DNA of 64,000 bases from IMG/VR virus record IMGVR_UViG_3300032236_001082, positions 1 to 64,000 of that record; one strand, written 5' to 3'. The DNA comes from a virus. Under the pieces are notes generated by a model, which searched no databases, was not told the DNA's origin, and saw only the letters and a list, made by a program, of their open reading frames with translations. The position numbers were made by a program, and so were the translations under genes. Shown one piece after another: positions 18,406-28,701 of this stretch. Position 1 is the stretch's first letter, and each line of letters starts with the position of its first letter.

Positions 18406-19923
18406 CTACTTAATTAATGTTGCTACTACAGAAACAGTTGTTGCTGCCTGAAGTGTTGTTACTGATACTGAGACGTTTCCGCCAGAGTATGCAGCTGTAA
18501 CAGTACCCAAATCTCCGTTTGTGCCAACTTGAGCATATTCGGTAATTGCGATATTGTTTGAAGAATCAAGAGTTAAAAGAACCTCTGAAATTTGTGAATG
18601 AGTTGATGTAGCAAATTTAACCAAAACCTTTGCAGTCTTGTAATCTGCTCCCGCCCAAGTGATTGCATTTGCAGTTCCAGCTATAGAAACAGTAGATGTT
18701 GCTGCTTTTATTGTTGATATTGAATTAATATTAACTGCTGTAAATGCTGTGGTTCCACTTGTAACATTTGAAACCGCTGCATCTGTATAACCCTCTGCTG
18801 TTGATAGAGAAGTTGCAATTGCAGAGTTACGGTTTGTAACTTCAGTTGAAATTGCGGTATCTGTATAACCCTCAGATGTTGAAATTGCTTGAGATTTAGC
18901 TGTATTTATTGCAGAATTACGGTTAGTAACTTCTGTTGAAATTGCTGAGTCTGTATAGCCTTCTGCTGTTGATAGAGAAGAATCTACATAAGCCTTAGTG
19001 GCTGCATCTGTGTTTGCCGTTGGTGTTCCAAGGCCAGTAACCTTGTGAGTTCCCATTGCAAGATCGCCAGACATAGTATCGCCAGCTTTTGAAACTTTGC
19101 CAGAGACTGTTGTAGCCAAAGCTGATGCTGTGCTTTCGTCTGATGCCAAAGCTGCTGCAATCTCGCCAAGTGTGTCAAGAATTGTTGGCGCACCATTGAT
19201 GAGGTTAGAAATTGCTGTATCTGTGTAGCCTTCGGCTGTAGAAATAGCTTCTGATTTCTTTGTGTCTGCGTATGATTCTGCAGTAGAAATTGCCTGAGAT
19301 TTAGCAGTTGCAATTGCTGAGTTACGATTTGTAACTTCAGTTGAAATTGCTGAATCTGTGTAACCTTCTGCGGTTGAAATAGCCTGAGATTTAGCAGTGT
19401 CTGTGTAACCTTCTGCGGTTGATAATGCTGTTGCTATAGCTGAATTACGGTTAGTAACTTCAGTTGAAATTGCTGATGTTATAGCTGAATTTCTATTAGT
19501 GACTTCTGTTGAAATGGCGGAATCTGTGTAGGATTCTGCTGAATTTAAAGCGTTACCTGCTGCTGTGTCAGCATAAGACTCTGCAGTGCTTATAGCATTT
19601 GAGATATCTGTTGATGACTGGCTGGATAACGTGCTTGAAAGTGAAGAGATAGCTGAATCTGTATAGGAATTTGCATTTGACTCTGCAGTAGAAGCTGCTC
19701 CATATGCATCAAATACGTTTGAGTTTACTGTAAGATTGCCTGCGCCATCTACGTTAAATACTGCTGTGTCAACAGACTTAACAAGTGTAGCTCCACCAAC
19801 AAGATTAAGGATATAAGAATCACCTGATGATTCTGTAAGAATATTATTGCCATTGATTGTACCTGTGGTACCTTCAACAACTAAACCATGTTTAACTCTA
19901 AAATTTTTATCTACTGTTGCCAT
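18406..19923 (-). CDS. Coiled-coil fibre protein with AISTEVTNRNSAI / AEGYTD repeats
   Basis: Many internal peptide repeats; ~110-aa block shared with 14717..17914. Confidence 0.8.
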   Translation of the reverse strand: MATVDKNFRVKHGLVVEGTTGTINGNNILTESSGDSYILNLVGGATLVKSVDTAVFNVDGAGNLTVNSNVFDAYGAASTAESNANSYTDSAISSLSSTLSSQSSTDISNAISTAESYADTAAGNALNSAESYTDSAISTEVTNRNSAITSAISTEVTNRNSAIATALSTAEGYTDTAKSQAISTAEGYTDSAISTEVTNRNSAIATAKSQAISTAESYADTKKSEAISTAEGYTDTAISNLINGAPTILDTLGEIAAALASDESTASALATTVSGKVSKAGDTMSGDLAMGTHKVTGLGTPTANTDAATKAYVDSSLSTAEGYTDSAISTEVTNRNSAINTAKSQAISTSEGYTDTAISTEVTNRNSAIATSLSTAEGYTDAAVSNVTSGTTAFTAVNINSISTIKAATSTVSIAGTANAITWAGADYKTAKVLVKFATSTHSQISEVLLTLDSSNNIAITEYAQVGTNGDLGTVTAAYSGGNVSVSVTTLQAATTVSVVATLIK

Positions 19924-19949
19924 GTTTGGGTGTTGCTCCTTGTTTTATT

Positions 19950-20504
19950 TTATTTTTTAATAGCTGTTCTGATAAACCTTACGGATACAGATCCCGCTAT
20001 TGGGGTCACTACTAAGTTTATTATACTTTCACTTACTGTAAAATCCAAATGGGCTGGGTTTGTAAAAGAATCGCTTGTAGATATTACATTTGATTCAGTT
20101 ACTCCAATGTTTGCACCAAACAAAACTTTAATTATTGATGAATAAATTTCAGAACCCTTTGTTATTTGTATTTCGTAAGTTGCTGATCTCCACACATTAG
20201 AATCTAAAGAATCTATTGTTGTTGGATTTTCTATTTCATTAACTGTTAAATCATTATTGCCGTCTAAACCTAAAAGGTCTACAGCGTTGTTGCCTTCAAG
20301 TCCCGCCAATTGAGACTGAATGTCAGAAACTTTATAATCAAGAGAATTTACATCTGTTGATCCATCAATACCAACTTTTGCTTCAAGAGCTTCAATTGCA
20401 GTATTTGCAAGTATGTGTTGCTCCGAGTGAGATGGATTTGATAATGGATCATTTGAATTAGGATTTGTAATGCTATCTAAATTTTCGGGGAAACTACTGG
20501 CCAA
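19950..20504 (-). CDS. Virion structural protein (fibre/collar-like)
   Basis: FP..LD...NP.......H...H...N.AIEALEAKVG motif typical of phage fibre N-termini. Confidence 0.6.
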   Translation of the reverse strand: MASSFPENLDSITNPNSNDPLSNPSHSEQHILANTAIEALEAKVGIDGSTDVNSLDYKVSDIQSQLAGLEGNNAVDLLGLDGNNDLTVNEIENPTTIDSLDSNVWRSATYEIQITKGSEIYSSIIKVLFGANIGVTESNVISTSDSFTNPAHLDFTVSESIINLVVTPIAGSVSVRFIRTAIKK

Positions 20505-20865
20505 TTATGCCACCATCCAAGTTTGAAAGATTTGATTGTGATTGTCTAGTTGCTGTAGCTTCCTGACTGCCACCATCTTCTCCTATTATAACAGGGATGC
20601 TCTCTAACGCCGAACCGCCATCAACATCTCCTCCAAGAAGTATTGGATCTTGAATATTGATTGTGTGTATATCACCATCATAGGTATGAGTGTGTTCATA
20701 AAATGGAACGGGATCATCTGATTTAACAACAGTTACCCAAGTTACACCATTAAAAATTCTTATACTGCTATCTTGTGTATTAAAATAAATATCGCCTTCT
20801 GTACCAGAAGAAGGATCAGATGCTCTTGTTAAAAGATTTAATGGGGTTAACATTTTTCTTGACAT
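20494..20865 (-). CDS. Putative virion protein
   Basis: P....GDIYFNT....RIFNG.W fibre motif; DGG motifs. Confidence 0.55.
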   Translation of the reverse strand: MSRKMLTPLNLLTRASDPSSGTEGDIYFNTQDSSIRIFNGVTWVTVVKSDDPVPFYEHTHTYDGDIHTINIQDPILLGGDVDGGSALESIPVIIGEDGGSQEATATRQSQSNLSNLDGGIIGQ

Positions 20866-20888
20866 CTGATCCTCCTCTAGTTTTCCTA

Positions 20889-22676
20889 TTATCCTACGAT
20901 AATAACTTTGTAAGCGTTTGTATCTGGGGCATTTGTAAATGCTATTGTAACTGTATTGTCATCTTTCATACGAATATCAGTCTCTACAACATTATACTCT
21001 GCATTATTTTCTCTTACCATAACAGTAATGTCACGGGTTCCAAGATTGTGTACAACATCAAATGATGTATTTGATGCATCCCCAACGGTTGAAACATATT
21101 TACGAGCAATTGCATAGTAATGTGAACCATCATTTGTTAATGTCCAGTCCTTATTAGACTCAGACCAAATAATAGCTGTATCATTAGCAGTTCCACGGTG
21201 TACGATAATTCCAGCATCTTGTGTTGGAGCACCAGTCCAGTTAGTATTGAGTTTAATTGTATTATCTTCAATATTAATTTCTGTACGGTTTACCGCATTA
21301 AGTGTTCCGTTAACATTTAGATTTCCATCTACTGTTACATTTCCACCAAATTGAACTTCTTTTGTTGATCCAGTAACTGAGACAACATTTGCTCCATTTG
21401 AGTCAAGAACATTAAATGCACCATTTGTTCCGCCTCCGCCAATAGTTACATCTTCTGATGTAATCTGAATAGCTTGTGCAACAATGTTTAGTGTATTTGC
21501 TCCGCCATCTTTAGAAGCAATAGAATCTGTAATAAGATTGTTATTTATAACAACATTTCCAGAATCTGGACTTAATGTAAGGTCTAAGTTATTTGTACTT
21601 ATAGTACCTTCTGAATCAAGTCTAATCTGATCGCTGAATGTTGTATTGCCATTTTGTGGGTCAATATTAATCCCGCCATCATGTGATTCTAAATGTAACC
21701 AGCCAGTTGCAGCAACTGTTAAGCTGCCATCTGATGGATGAGCAATAATAGCACCACGGTTATTACCACCGTTGTCGCCACCTTGCCAAAGTTCTACCTT
21801 GGATGTATGTAATTCAGCACCAAGTGTTGTTACAATACCATTGTCTGGGAAGAGAGTGATTGCTCCGCTGTCAGTAGAAATCTTTCCGTCGTTACCATCA
21901 ATGTAAATATTGTTATTAATCCAAGTACGTCCTGTATTTGGATTAATCTTGATATCACCACTGTTAGTTTCAAGCTGAAGCTGTCCACTTGTTGCAGTAA
22001 GTCTTAAAGAAGAGTCAGACTGAGCAGCAATTACACCTTGAAGATCTCCATTGCGATAATATTCTGTTTTCTGAAGATGAAGTTCTCCAGAATTACCATT
22101 AATATTTACAACGTTGCTATCAGCATTAAGATTGACATCACCATTATTTGATGTTAGGTTTAAATTACCATTTGCTGTGATGCTTGCATTTGAACCATCG
22201 TTATTGATGGTAAGCATGCGTGTATCATCTTGAGCATGATTAAGTGCAATGTATTCACCAGTTGCACTAAGCATAATTGATGGATAACCATCATTGTTTT
22301 TAATATATGTGTCTGGTGCAAGAGAAATTGTTGTTGTATTATCAATATCATTGACAACAATTTGATTCTCTGTTCCAGATACGTTAAAGTGTGTACTTAA
22401 TGTAATGATTCCTGTGGCTGGGTCAACACTAGCTGTTCCCGTTACATCTCCTGTGAGTGTTACGGTTGAAGCAGATGCTCCTCCTACAGAAAGGTCATAC
22501 CATTTAGCACCTTGAAGTGAATCGTTGCGATAAACACGAAGTGTTTTTCTTGTGCTGTCGTAGTAAATTCGACCTTCCGTATTGCCACTTGACGGGGCAG
22601 TGGAAAGGTTTTGAATGACGGCATTTTGAAGCTCGTTCTGATTCAGGTCAATATTAGTTAGAAATAATCTAGCCAT
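20889..22676 (-). CDS. Tail fibre/spike-like beta-rich protein
   Basis: IDL.QNELQNAVIQNL..AP; GNVTVDGNLNVNG; IEDN.I.LN; HNLGTRD.V C-terminus. Confidence 0.75.
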   Translation of the reverse strand: MARLFLTNIDLNQNELQNAVIQNLSTAPSSGNTEGRIYYDSTRKTLRVYRNDSLQGAKWYDLSVGGASASTVTLTGDVTGTASVDPATGIITLSTHFNVSGTENQIVVNDIDNTTTISLAPDTYIKNNDGYPSIMLSATGEYIALNHAQDDTRMLTINNDGSNASITANGNLNLTSNNGDVNLNADSNVVNINGNSGELHLQKTEYYRNGDLQGVIAAQSDSSLRLTATSGQLQLETNSGDIKINPNTGRTWINNNIYIDGNDGKISTDSGAITLFPDNGIVTTLGAELHTSKVELWQGGDNGGNNRGAIIAHPSDGSLTVAATGWLHLESHDGGINIDPQNGNTTFSDQIRLDSEGTISTNNLDLTLSPDSGNVVINNNLITDSIASKDGGANTLNIVAQAIQITSEDVTIGGGGTNGAFNVLDSNGANVVSVTGSTKEVQFGGNVTVDGNLNVNGTLNAVNRTEINIEDNTIKLNTNWTGAPTQDAGIIVHRGTANDTAIIWSESNKDWTLTNDGSHYYAIARKYVSTVGDASNTSFDVVHNLGTRDITVMVRENNAEYNVVETDIRMKDDNTVTIAFTNAPDTNAYKVIIVG

Positions 22677-22709
22677 TTATATTTTACCTACCCTTTCGTT
22701 CATTTGTGT

Positions 22710-23162
22710 TTAAGAAAGATATGCTTTCCCAGACACTGCCCCGATGAATCGTAAAACGATTGTATTTTCATCAGGGTAGGATATTTCTCCTTCTATAACG
22801 GTTCCTGCAGTATCAATGCAAGTTGCGTTAGGATGATATCCAAGATCATGTTGTATATGCCACTCTGAGGCAGCATTTGGTATATTGAAAACTTGTCCTA
22901 AAAGATTATGATTAAATCCTTCAAAAAGAATATCTGTTGGCCAGCCAGTAGTAGTTTTAGGTCCATAAACAATTCTTGTATTTGTATCAACCCAAACATC
23001 TCCAACACGTCCCACCAAATTTGATGGAAGGCCTGGGCCAGTTAAAAAACTTGTTCCTGGATCGCCTTTTGCACCAGTAACAGTTGCATTTGATCTTACA
23101 ACAACTTTATCTGTATCTTTTACAGTTACTACTTTTGTTGTTTGATAATATTGTTTTGGCAT
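22710..23162 (-). CDS. Minor tail/fibre protein with short collagen-like motif
   Basis: GAKGDPG, G.G.P....G..GD.W.D......YGPK, W.I.H.LG..P. Confidence 0.6.
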   Translation of the reverse strand: MPKQYYQTTKVVTVKDTDKVVVRSNATVTGAKGDPGTSFLTGPGLPSNLVGRVGDVWVDTNTRIVYGPKTTTGWPTDILFEGFNHNLLGQVFNIPNAASEWHIQHDLGYHPNATCIDTAGTVIEGEISYPDENTIVLRFIGAVSGKAYLS

Positions 23163-23500
23163 TATATTAAACCAGCCTCTACTTCAACCCATCCATTTAA
23201 CAATGTGTCTTGAGTGTCTTGAATTTTGATTTGATAATAAGATTTAGGTAAAGCAAACTTTTTTGTTTCAGAGCCTGGGAAGGTAACAATAATTGTTGCT
23301 CCTATTCCATCGTCAACAGAAATTATTCCACCAGATGTAGTTGAAATTGAACTAATAGATTCTTTGCTACCTGGCTTGGATGCAACTTCAGCAACAATTG
23401 TCTGATTTGAAATATTAATAGGCGTACCATTTGTATCTTCATAGGTAATAGTGAGTTGCCACTTATCACCCTGAACAATTGAAAAATTAGTATTTGCCAT
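23162..23500 (-). CDS. Baseplate/fibre adaptor (BppU N-terminal-like Ig fold)
   Basis: I.QGD......Y.D..G.PI.IS pattern; first gene of the fibre operon after TGGTATAAT (~23522-23530). Confidence 0.5.
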   Translation of the reverse strand: MANTNFSIVQGDKWQLTITYEDTNGTPINISNQTIVAEVASKPGSKESISSISTTSGGIISVDDGIGATIIVTFPGSETKKFALPKSYYQIKIQDTQDTLLNGWVEVEAGLI

Positions 23501-23549
23501 GTTTACCCCTAAATATTTTTAATTATACCATTCTAACGGCTCAAAACAT

Positions 23550-23592
23550 AAGAAACCCCTGCCACGTATTCGCCGTAGAAACAGGGGTTCTT
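23550..23592 (-). terminator. Terminator-like inverted repeat after RNR gene
   Basis: AAGAAACCCCTG...CAGGGGTTCTT. Confidence 0.5.
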
Positions 23593-23605
23593 AATTTATA
23601 TTATA

Positions 23606-25540
23606 TCAGTTCTGGCCAATGTCTACAATTTCACATTCTCCAGAAACGCAAGCCAAAGCCTGAGATCCAGTTGTAGAGTCTTCAGTTTCATATAAAGAAA
23701 GGCCTTGCCACTGAATAGACTTTGGCATTTTAGCCACAAGTGCCTCATAGCCATCCTTGTCAACTTCTTGATACGGGGCTTGAACATAAGTGTGCTCTGA
23801 ATAAGGCAAGAATGAAATTCCAGAAACCTCATCAAAATGCTTGTATACCCAAGCTCCAACTTCCATCCATTCATCTTCTTTTACAGAGACTGTAATTGAT
23901 GGTTTATGCTCACACCAGTGTCTTTGATAAGTTAGCCAGATTTCTAGTTGCTGAATAGCAGTTAGCTTGTCTCTAGTAATTGCATTCTTTGGAGCTTTGA
24001 CTGGGAATGAGAAAACAGATGTTGCATCTGGCTTCATAACGTCATCCTCAGTAGGAATTCCAGAATCAATTAAGAACTTTGTAATTGGATCTTTTTTATC
24101 CCCACGAACTGTGCGAATATAATAATCTGAATGCCATGGATGCATTCCTGAACTCACCCCGACCAATTGGGACACTGTGCCTGAAGGCTTAACGCATGTT
24201 ACTGCTGCTGAGGCGGGAATCCCAATTTTCTCTGCCTCTTCAATATTAACCTGAACAGCATACTCACGAAGTCTATCAAGAGCATCAGCCAGTTTATCCA
24301 TTCCACTTTGTCCAGAAAAGAACTTATTTCCAAACTGACCAGTTAAAGAAACTCCAAGCAGTCTTTCTTCTTCTGTATTATCTTTCCAAATTTTACGAAT
24401 ATATTTAAAGTCTGTAAGGGTTGACTGCCATGTTCCAAGAATAGAAGCAAGTCTAACCTTTTTAGCAACAGTCTCTGGAGTATCGTCTTCACGAAGAACA
24501 ACTTCAGACAAGTTGCAGAACTGATAAGGACGCAAAATAATTTCAGAGCAAGGGTTTGTTCCGTAATGAATATCAGCACTACGTCTTCCATATTTTGCTG
24601 CCTGTGCTTGAGCTGCTGCTACGTTGTAGATTCCACGCTCTCCAGATTTTGAATCATACAAAGATTTCCATTCAGCAATAAATTGCTGCATCTCTGGTTT
24701 GCGAGAATAAGCTACTGAGTTGTTTGATAACGCACGTTGAGAATTCTTTTCCCACCAATTACCAGCTTTTGCTTGAGCCATTTCAATATCGTTAATATTA
24801 GACAATGAAATCATTGCTGAACGACGAACGCCTCCAACAACAACAACTTCGCCAATTTTACACATTAAATCATGACACTCAATTGGTTTTAATTGACGAC
24901 CAAGTGCGCCTTTAAAAATTTGAACACTAAAATCAAAAAGATTAACTAATGGTTGTGGACCAGAAGATCTTCCACCCATAGTTTTAAGTCTAGCTCCTGC
25001 TGGACGAACTTTGCTTACATCAATTTGTGGAATTTGTCCTGCCCAAAGCAAAGACAAAAATTCACGATAAGCTTTTGCCCAGCCTTCTTTAGAATCTCCA
25101 ACGGAAATTACTGTATTTGACTTTTCTAATGTTTCGGGAAGGGCTGGAAGTTTGTTGATGTACTTATACTCAACAGAGAATCCAACTCCAGTACCGCACA
25201 TAAGAATATACATAGCTTCATCAAATGAACGAGCATTATCTACTGGAAGAAAAGCACAGTTATATCCAGAAACATTTTCTCTTTCTAATGCAGGTCCTGC
25301 AGTCATAACAGAACGCATTGATGGCATAACATTACGGTTAAACACTGCTTCTCTTAGATCTGCTAAATCTTTATCGTTAGGAACAAAGCCATGTTTTTCA
25401 CGCAACTGAATAACCATAAAATCAAAATAACGATCTACGGTTTCTCCCCAAGTTTCTCTACGATTTTCTTTTTCTAACCATCTTGCATAGCGAGACAATG
25501 CAATAAAGTTTTCATACGGGTTTTCAATTGCTCTAGACAT
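23606..25540 (-). CDS. nrdJ: Class II (adenosylcobalamin-dependent) ribonucleotide reductase
   Basis: PSMR, YNC, CGTGVGFS, GGVRRSA, TNPCSEI, CNL, TCVKPSGT, C-terminal ACVSGEC. Confidence 0.93.
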   Translation of the reverse strand: MSRAIENPYENFIALSRYARWLEKENRRETWGETVDRYFDFMVIQLREKHGFVPNDKDLADLREAVFNRNVMPSMRSVMTAGPALERENVSGYNCAFLPVDNARSFDEAMYILMCGTGVGFSVEYKYINKLPALPETLEKSNTVISVGDSKEGWAKAYREFLSLLWAGQIPQIDVSKVRPAGARLKTMGGRSSGPQPLVNLFDFSVQIFKGALGRQLKPIECHDLMCKIGEVVVVGGVRRSAMISLSNINDIEMAQAKAGNWWEKNSQRALSNNSVAYSRKPEMQQFIAEWKSLYDSKSGERGIYNVAAAQAQAAKYGRRSADIHYGTNPCSEIILRPYQFCNLSEVVLREDDTPETVAKKVRLASILGTWQSTLTDFKYIRKIWKDNTEEERLLGVSLTGQFGNKFFSGQSGMDKLADALDRLREYAVQVNIEEAEKIGIPASAAVTCVKPSGTVSQLVGVSSGMHPWHSDYYIRTVRGDKKDPITKFLIDSGIPTEDDVMKPDATSVFSFPVKAPKNAITRDKLTAIQQLEIWLTYQRHWCEHKPSITVSVKEDEWMEVGAWVYKHFDEVSGISFLPYSEHTYVQAPYQEVDKDGYEALVAKMPKSIQWQGLSLYETEDSTTGSQALACVSGECEIVDIGQN

Positions 25541-25606
25541 TAAACTTTTCCTCTTATTCTTTAAATTTTAATAGAACTTAATTCTACCACAAACGCTTTC
25601 TAAACG

Positions 25607-26629
25607 TTAAAGTTTAAAATTTTCTTTTTCCATAAGCAATTGTGCATAAATCATTCTTAATCTTGCTACTGCAGGTTTTGTAACTTCTAACCAGTCATAC
25701 TTATGTTGTAAAATATTTGCATTCTTAAAAGATTGTGCAGCAGCTTCTTTATAGTTTTTTACACTACTTAACATTTGTCTTTTTAAATCTTCTTTTTCTG
25801 GTTTCATCATCATACCTTGATGAATATCTGGCCAAGGACTACTATGCCATCTTGCTTTTACTGGAAAAGTAATATAGTCTGCATAATCAGCCCAGCCGTC
25901 TGTTGATATGGAGGGCATGCCAGATGCTTCTGCTTGTAAAGGTTGAAATCCAAATCCTTCTCCCCAGCTTGGATAAACAAAAACATCACAAAGGTTATAT
26001 AACTCAACCATCTCATTTGGGGACAACATAGTATTTATTTCAACGATATTATCATAAACTGAAGCTGGGTTGACCAAATATCCTTGACCCACTTTAACTT
26101 TAGTAGTATTCATCTTAGTGCATTTTAAAACTAATTTATATTTAGGATCATTGCCAAACAATTCAATAAATGAATCTACAACTAGTTGCCCGTCTTTTCT
26201 TGAATAAGGCTCTCCAATATGCAAAAATGTAAATTGATCATGTGGAGCTTTTCTTAATTTTGGAATCCATATATCGTTAATTCCATGCTTATAAACAAAA
26301 ACTTTTTTATTTGGAAATGCTTCACGATATACATTTGCAACCCAATCTGATGTAGCCCATATCTCATCAGCTTTTTCCATTGTGGCTTTATACGTTGGGC
26401 TTATGTCTGTACTCTCCCACGCAGTATAACATATTTTATAACTGAGGGGATCGTTAAAATTATAATTTTTAGGATCTGCAAAACAGATTTCAATATCAGC
26501 TTGTTTAGCTTCTATTTCTACATCTATCTTTAATTTTTTAAATGAATTATATATATTCCAAGAAGCTTCACCATAGCCTACACCACGGTCCATATTTCTA
26601 AAAGCTGGGCCAGTAAACGAAATTTTCAA
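25607..26629 (-). CDS. Glycosyltransferase family 4 (GT-B)
   Basis: GYG, WES, RKDG, DVFVYPSWGEGFG..PLQA.ASG. Confidence 0.88.
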   Translation of the reverse strand: MKISFTGPAFRNMDRGVGYGEASWNIYNSFKKLKIDVEIEAKQADIEICFADPKNYNFNDPLSYKICYTAWESTDISPTYKATMEKADEIWATSDWVANVYREAFPNKKVFVYKHGINDIWIPKLRKAPHDQFTFLHIGEPYSRKDGQLVVDSFIELFGNDPKYKLVLKCTKMNTTKVKVGQGYLVNPASVYDNIVEINTMLSPNEMVELYNLCDVFVYPSWGEGFGFQPLQAEASGMPSISTDGWADYADYITFPVKARWHSSPWPDIHQGMMMKPEKEDLKRQMLSSVKNYKEAAAQSFKNANILQHKYDWLEVTKPAVARLRMIYAQLLMEKENFKL

Positions 26630-26703
26630 AATTGCTCCTTGTTTTTCTTATTATATCATGCTACACTATATATTACCTGTCAGTAAAACGAGGAGGTAAG
26701 GGA

Positions 26704-27351
26704 ATGAATCTAAAAAATAAGTTCCATCTAACACTAGTTGTATTGATAACCTTAGCAAATTCTTTGATTGGGATTTGTCAAGTTGATACAGCAAACGCTT
26801 TAACGGTTGATCCTGCATTTGCAGGTTATAATCTCAAAGTGTACAATCAAAATATATCTAATATATATAATAATATTAATATAAAATATATATCTATAAG
26901 ATTATATAATATAAATATTAATAATAATATAAATAAAAGAAAAATGAATTTGAGTAATGTACTCAGCTTCAAAGAAAAAGTTGAAATCTTGATGTATTCT
27001 ATTAAGCAAGTAGAATCTCATGGCAGGTACAAGGCTAAATCAAAATGGTCTTCAGCTTGTGGAGCATATCAATATATGCCTATAACCTGGAATAATTATC
27101 AAGGTTTCAAAACTGCTTGTCTTGCTCCAGAATCGGCGCAGGACTCTCGCATGAGAGGCGAGATAAAATATCTCTGGGCAAAGTATCATGACTGGGAAAA
27201 AGTCATTGCTAGCCATTTCTTGCCAGCCTACGCTGGTAATAAGGCTCTTTGGAATACTCGCTATTACAAAGGTCAGCCTACTATCAGAGAATATGTTCAG
27301 AATGTGCAAACAACTATGAACAGAGTAGTGTCAGGTCTGGCAACTACTTGA
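26704..27351 (+). CDS. Secreted lysozyme-like/lytic transglycosylase (SLT-like)
   Basis: Signal-like N-terminus after AGGAGG RBS (start 26704 preferred to 26632); IKQVES.G.Y, A.GAYQY...TW, QD, YV. Confidence 0.8.
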   Translation: MNLKNKFHLTLVVLITLANSLIGICQVDTANALTVDPAFAGYNLKVYNQNISNIYNNINIKYISIRLYNININNNINKRKMNLSNVLSFKEKVEILMYSIKQVESHGRYKAKSKWSSACGAYQYMPITWNNYQGFKTACLAPESAQDSRMRGEIKYLWAKYHDWEKVIASHFLPAYAGNKALWNTRYYKGQPTIREYVQNVQTTMNRVVSGLATT

Positions 27352-27356
27352 TTTAA

Positions 27357-27384
27357 AATGGGGGGATGTAAAAGTCCCCCCATT
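27357..27384 (+). terminator. Intrinsic terminator-like hairpin
   Basis: AATGGGGGGA-TGTAAAAG-TCCCCCCATT. Confidence 0.65.
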
Positions 27385-27404
27385 CTCTATCAGAAAGCTT
27401 ATTA

Positions 27405-27611
27405 ATGAGATTATCAGTATTTCAAAAATATCAAGAAGAATCACCAAAGCCTTTTATGTGCATCTACCCAGATCATGAAATGGCTTTAGTTCCTTTTATG
27501 ACAACTGATTTGGTTATAGAGCTAAGATGTTTCTTTCCAGATTGTACTTATAAAATTACACCTGGTTTGATGACATATAAAAAAATTATAGAAAAGAATT
27601 TAAATGTCTAG
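27405..27611 (+). CDS. Small Cys/His-containing hypothetical protein
   Basis: 68 aa; C...DH and C...C motifs. Confidence 0.55.
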   Translation: MRLSVFQKYQEESPKPFMCIYPDHEMALVPFMTTDLVIELRCFFPDCTYKITPGLMTYKKIIEKNLNV

Positions 27612-28044
27612 ACAATGTGGAGATTGCACAGCCTGCTGTGAAGGTTGGTTAATTGCAGATATTAACGGTGTTTACATGGAGCCTGGAACGCCATGCTATC
27701 TTTTGCAGATAGGCAAAGGTTGCTCGGACTACGAGAATCGCCCTCAGAACCCCTGTAGAGGCTTTGAATGCGAGTGGTTGAGACAACCCGACCTATACCC
27801 CGAAGAAATGCGTCCTGACAAGGCTAGAGCCATTTTTTCACTGCAGGAAGTGGACGGGGTGCAATACCTTAGAATTACTGAAATGGGAAAGCGTCTAGAT
27901 TCAGAAGTTTTATCTCATGGAATCAAAGTAACCTTATCTAATAGATTTAATTTATATTGGGAAGTTGAAGGAAAGATGCACTGGATTGGTAATAAAGATT
28001 TTGTTACAATTATGAATAGTTATAGAGACGGGCACATCAAGTAG
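27604..28044 (+). CDS. YkgJ-like CxxCxxCC cysteine-cluster protein
   Basis: CGDCTACC...C......GC..YE.RP..PC..F.C.W. Confidence 0.75.
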   Translation: MSRQCGDCTACCEGWLIADINGVYMEPGTPCYLLQIGKGCSDYENRPQNPCRGFECEWLRQPDLYPEEMRPDKARAIFSLQEVDGVQYLRITEMGKRLDSEVLSHGIKVTLSNRFNLYWEVEGKMHWIGNKDFVTIMNSYRDGHIK

Positions 28045-28083
28045 GCAATGGTATAATGTTTTATATATTAAAAGGAGATTACC

Positions 28084-28701
28084 ATGCAGCCTAAAATTAT
28101 TGAAAACTTTATAAATAAAGAAACTTGCAATTACATCATGTCTTATATGGCAAAACCTTATACGCTTGATGAAAAGGGTAAACGTATAATTCACGTAAAT
28201 GAAGAAAGTGGAGAAAATGCTGTATGTATGGGTTGGTATCCAGAGATTGAAACTTTTTTAAAAACTTTAAAAAAAGAAAATCTTCAGAATTCTTTAATTT
28301 ACGATTTATTTAATTTAATTGGTCAAAATATGTGTAGCGTTTTTGATTTTAAACAATCAGAAGTAATATACGAAACTTCTCATTATAAATATTTTGGCTC
28401 AGAGCAAATTGGCGATAGCTTTGGTTCAGAAAAAGACGGAGAAAATGGTCAGCTTCCTCACACGGATCAATATGGTATGGATGGACAAATCTATACAGCA
28501 GTATTATATTTAAATGATGAATATGTGGGCGGAGATGTAATTTTTTACGAAAATAACGATGAGTCAAAGCCAACAAGATATAGAATGAAAGCTGGTTCAT
28601 TAATGTATTTTAGTGGTCTTGACTTGCATGCGGTAGAAAATGTGACTGCTGGTAAAAGAGCGTCATTTGTTTTGCATATTAGAGTTAAAGAGAAAAATTA
28701 A
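28084..28701 (+). CDS. 2OG-Fe(II) oxygenase
   Basis: HTD...YLNDEYVGG...H.VE.VT.G.R. Confidence 0.88.
   Translation: MQPKIIENFINKETCNYIMSYMAKPYTLDEKGKRIIHVNEESGENAVCMGWYPEIETFLKTLKKENLQNSLIYDLFNLIGQNMCSVFDFKQSEVIYETSHYKYFGSEQIGDSFGSEKDGENGQLPHTDQYGMDGQIYTAVLYLNDEYVGGDVIFYENNDESKPTRYRMKAGSLMYFSGLDLHAVENVTAGKRASFVLHIRVKEKN

Noticed and set aside
23606-25540. Intein or intron in nrdJ
   Set aside because: Continuous 644-aa ORF with normally spaced motifs and no splicing signatures.
26663-26678. NrdR-box-like ACACTATATATTACCT upstream of the GT4-nrdJ run
   Set aside because: Right half mismatches, single copy, AT-rich context, and nrdJ has its own nearer -10 at ~25581.
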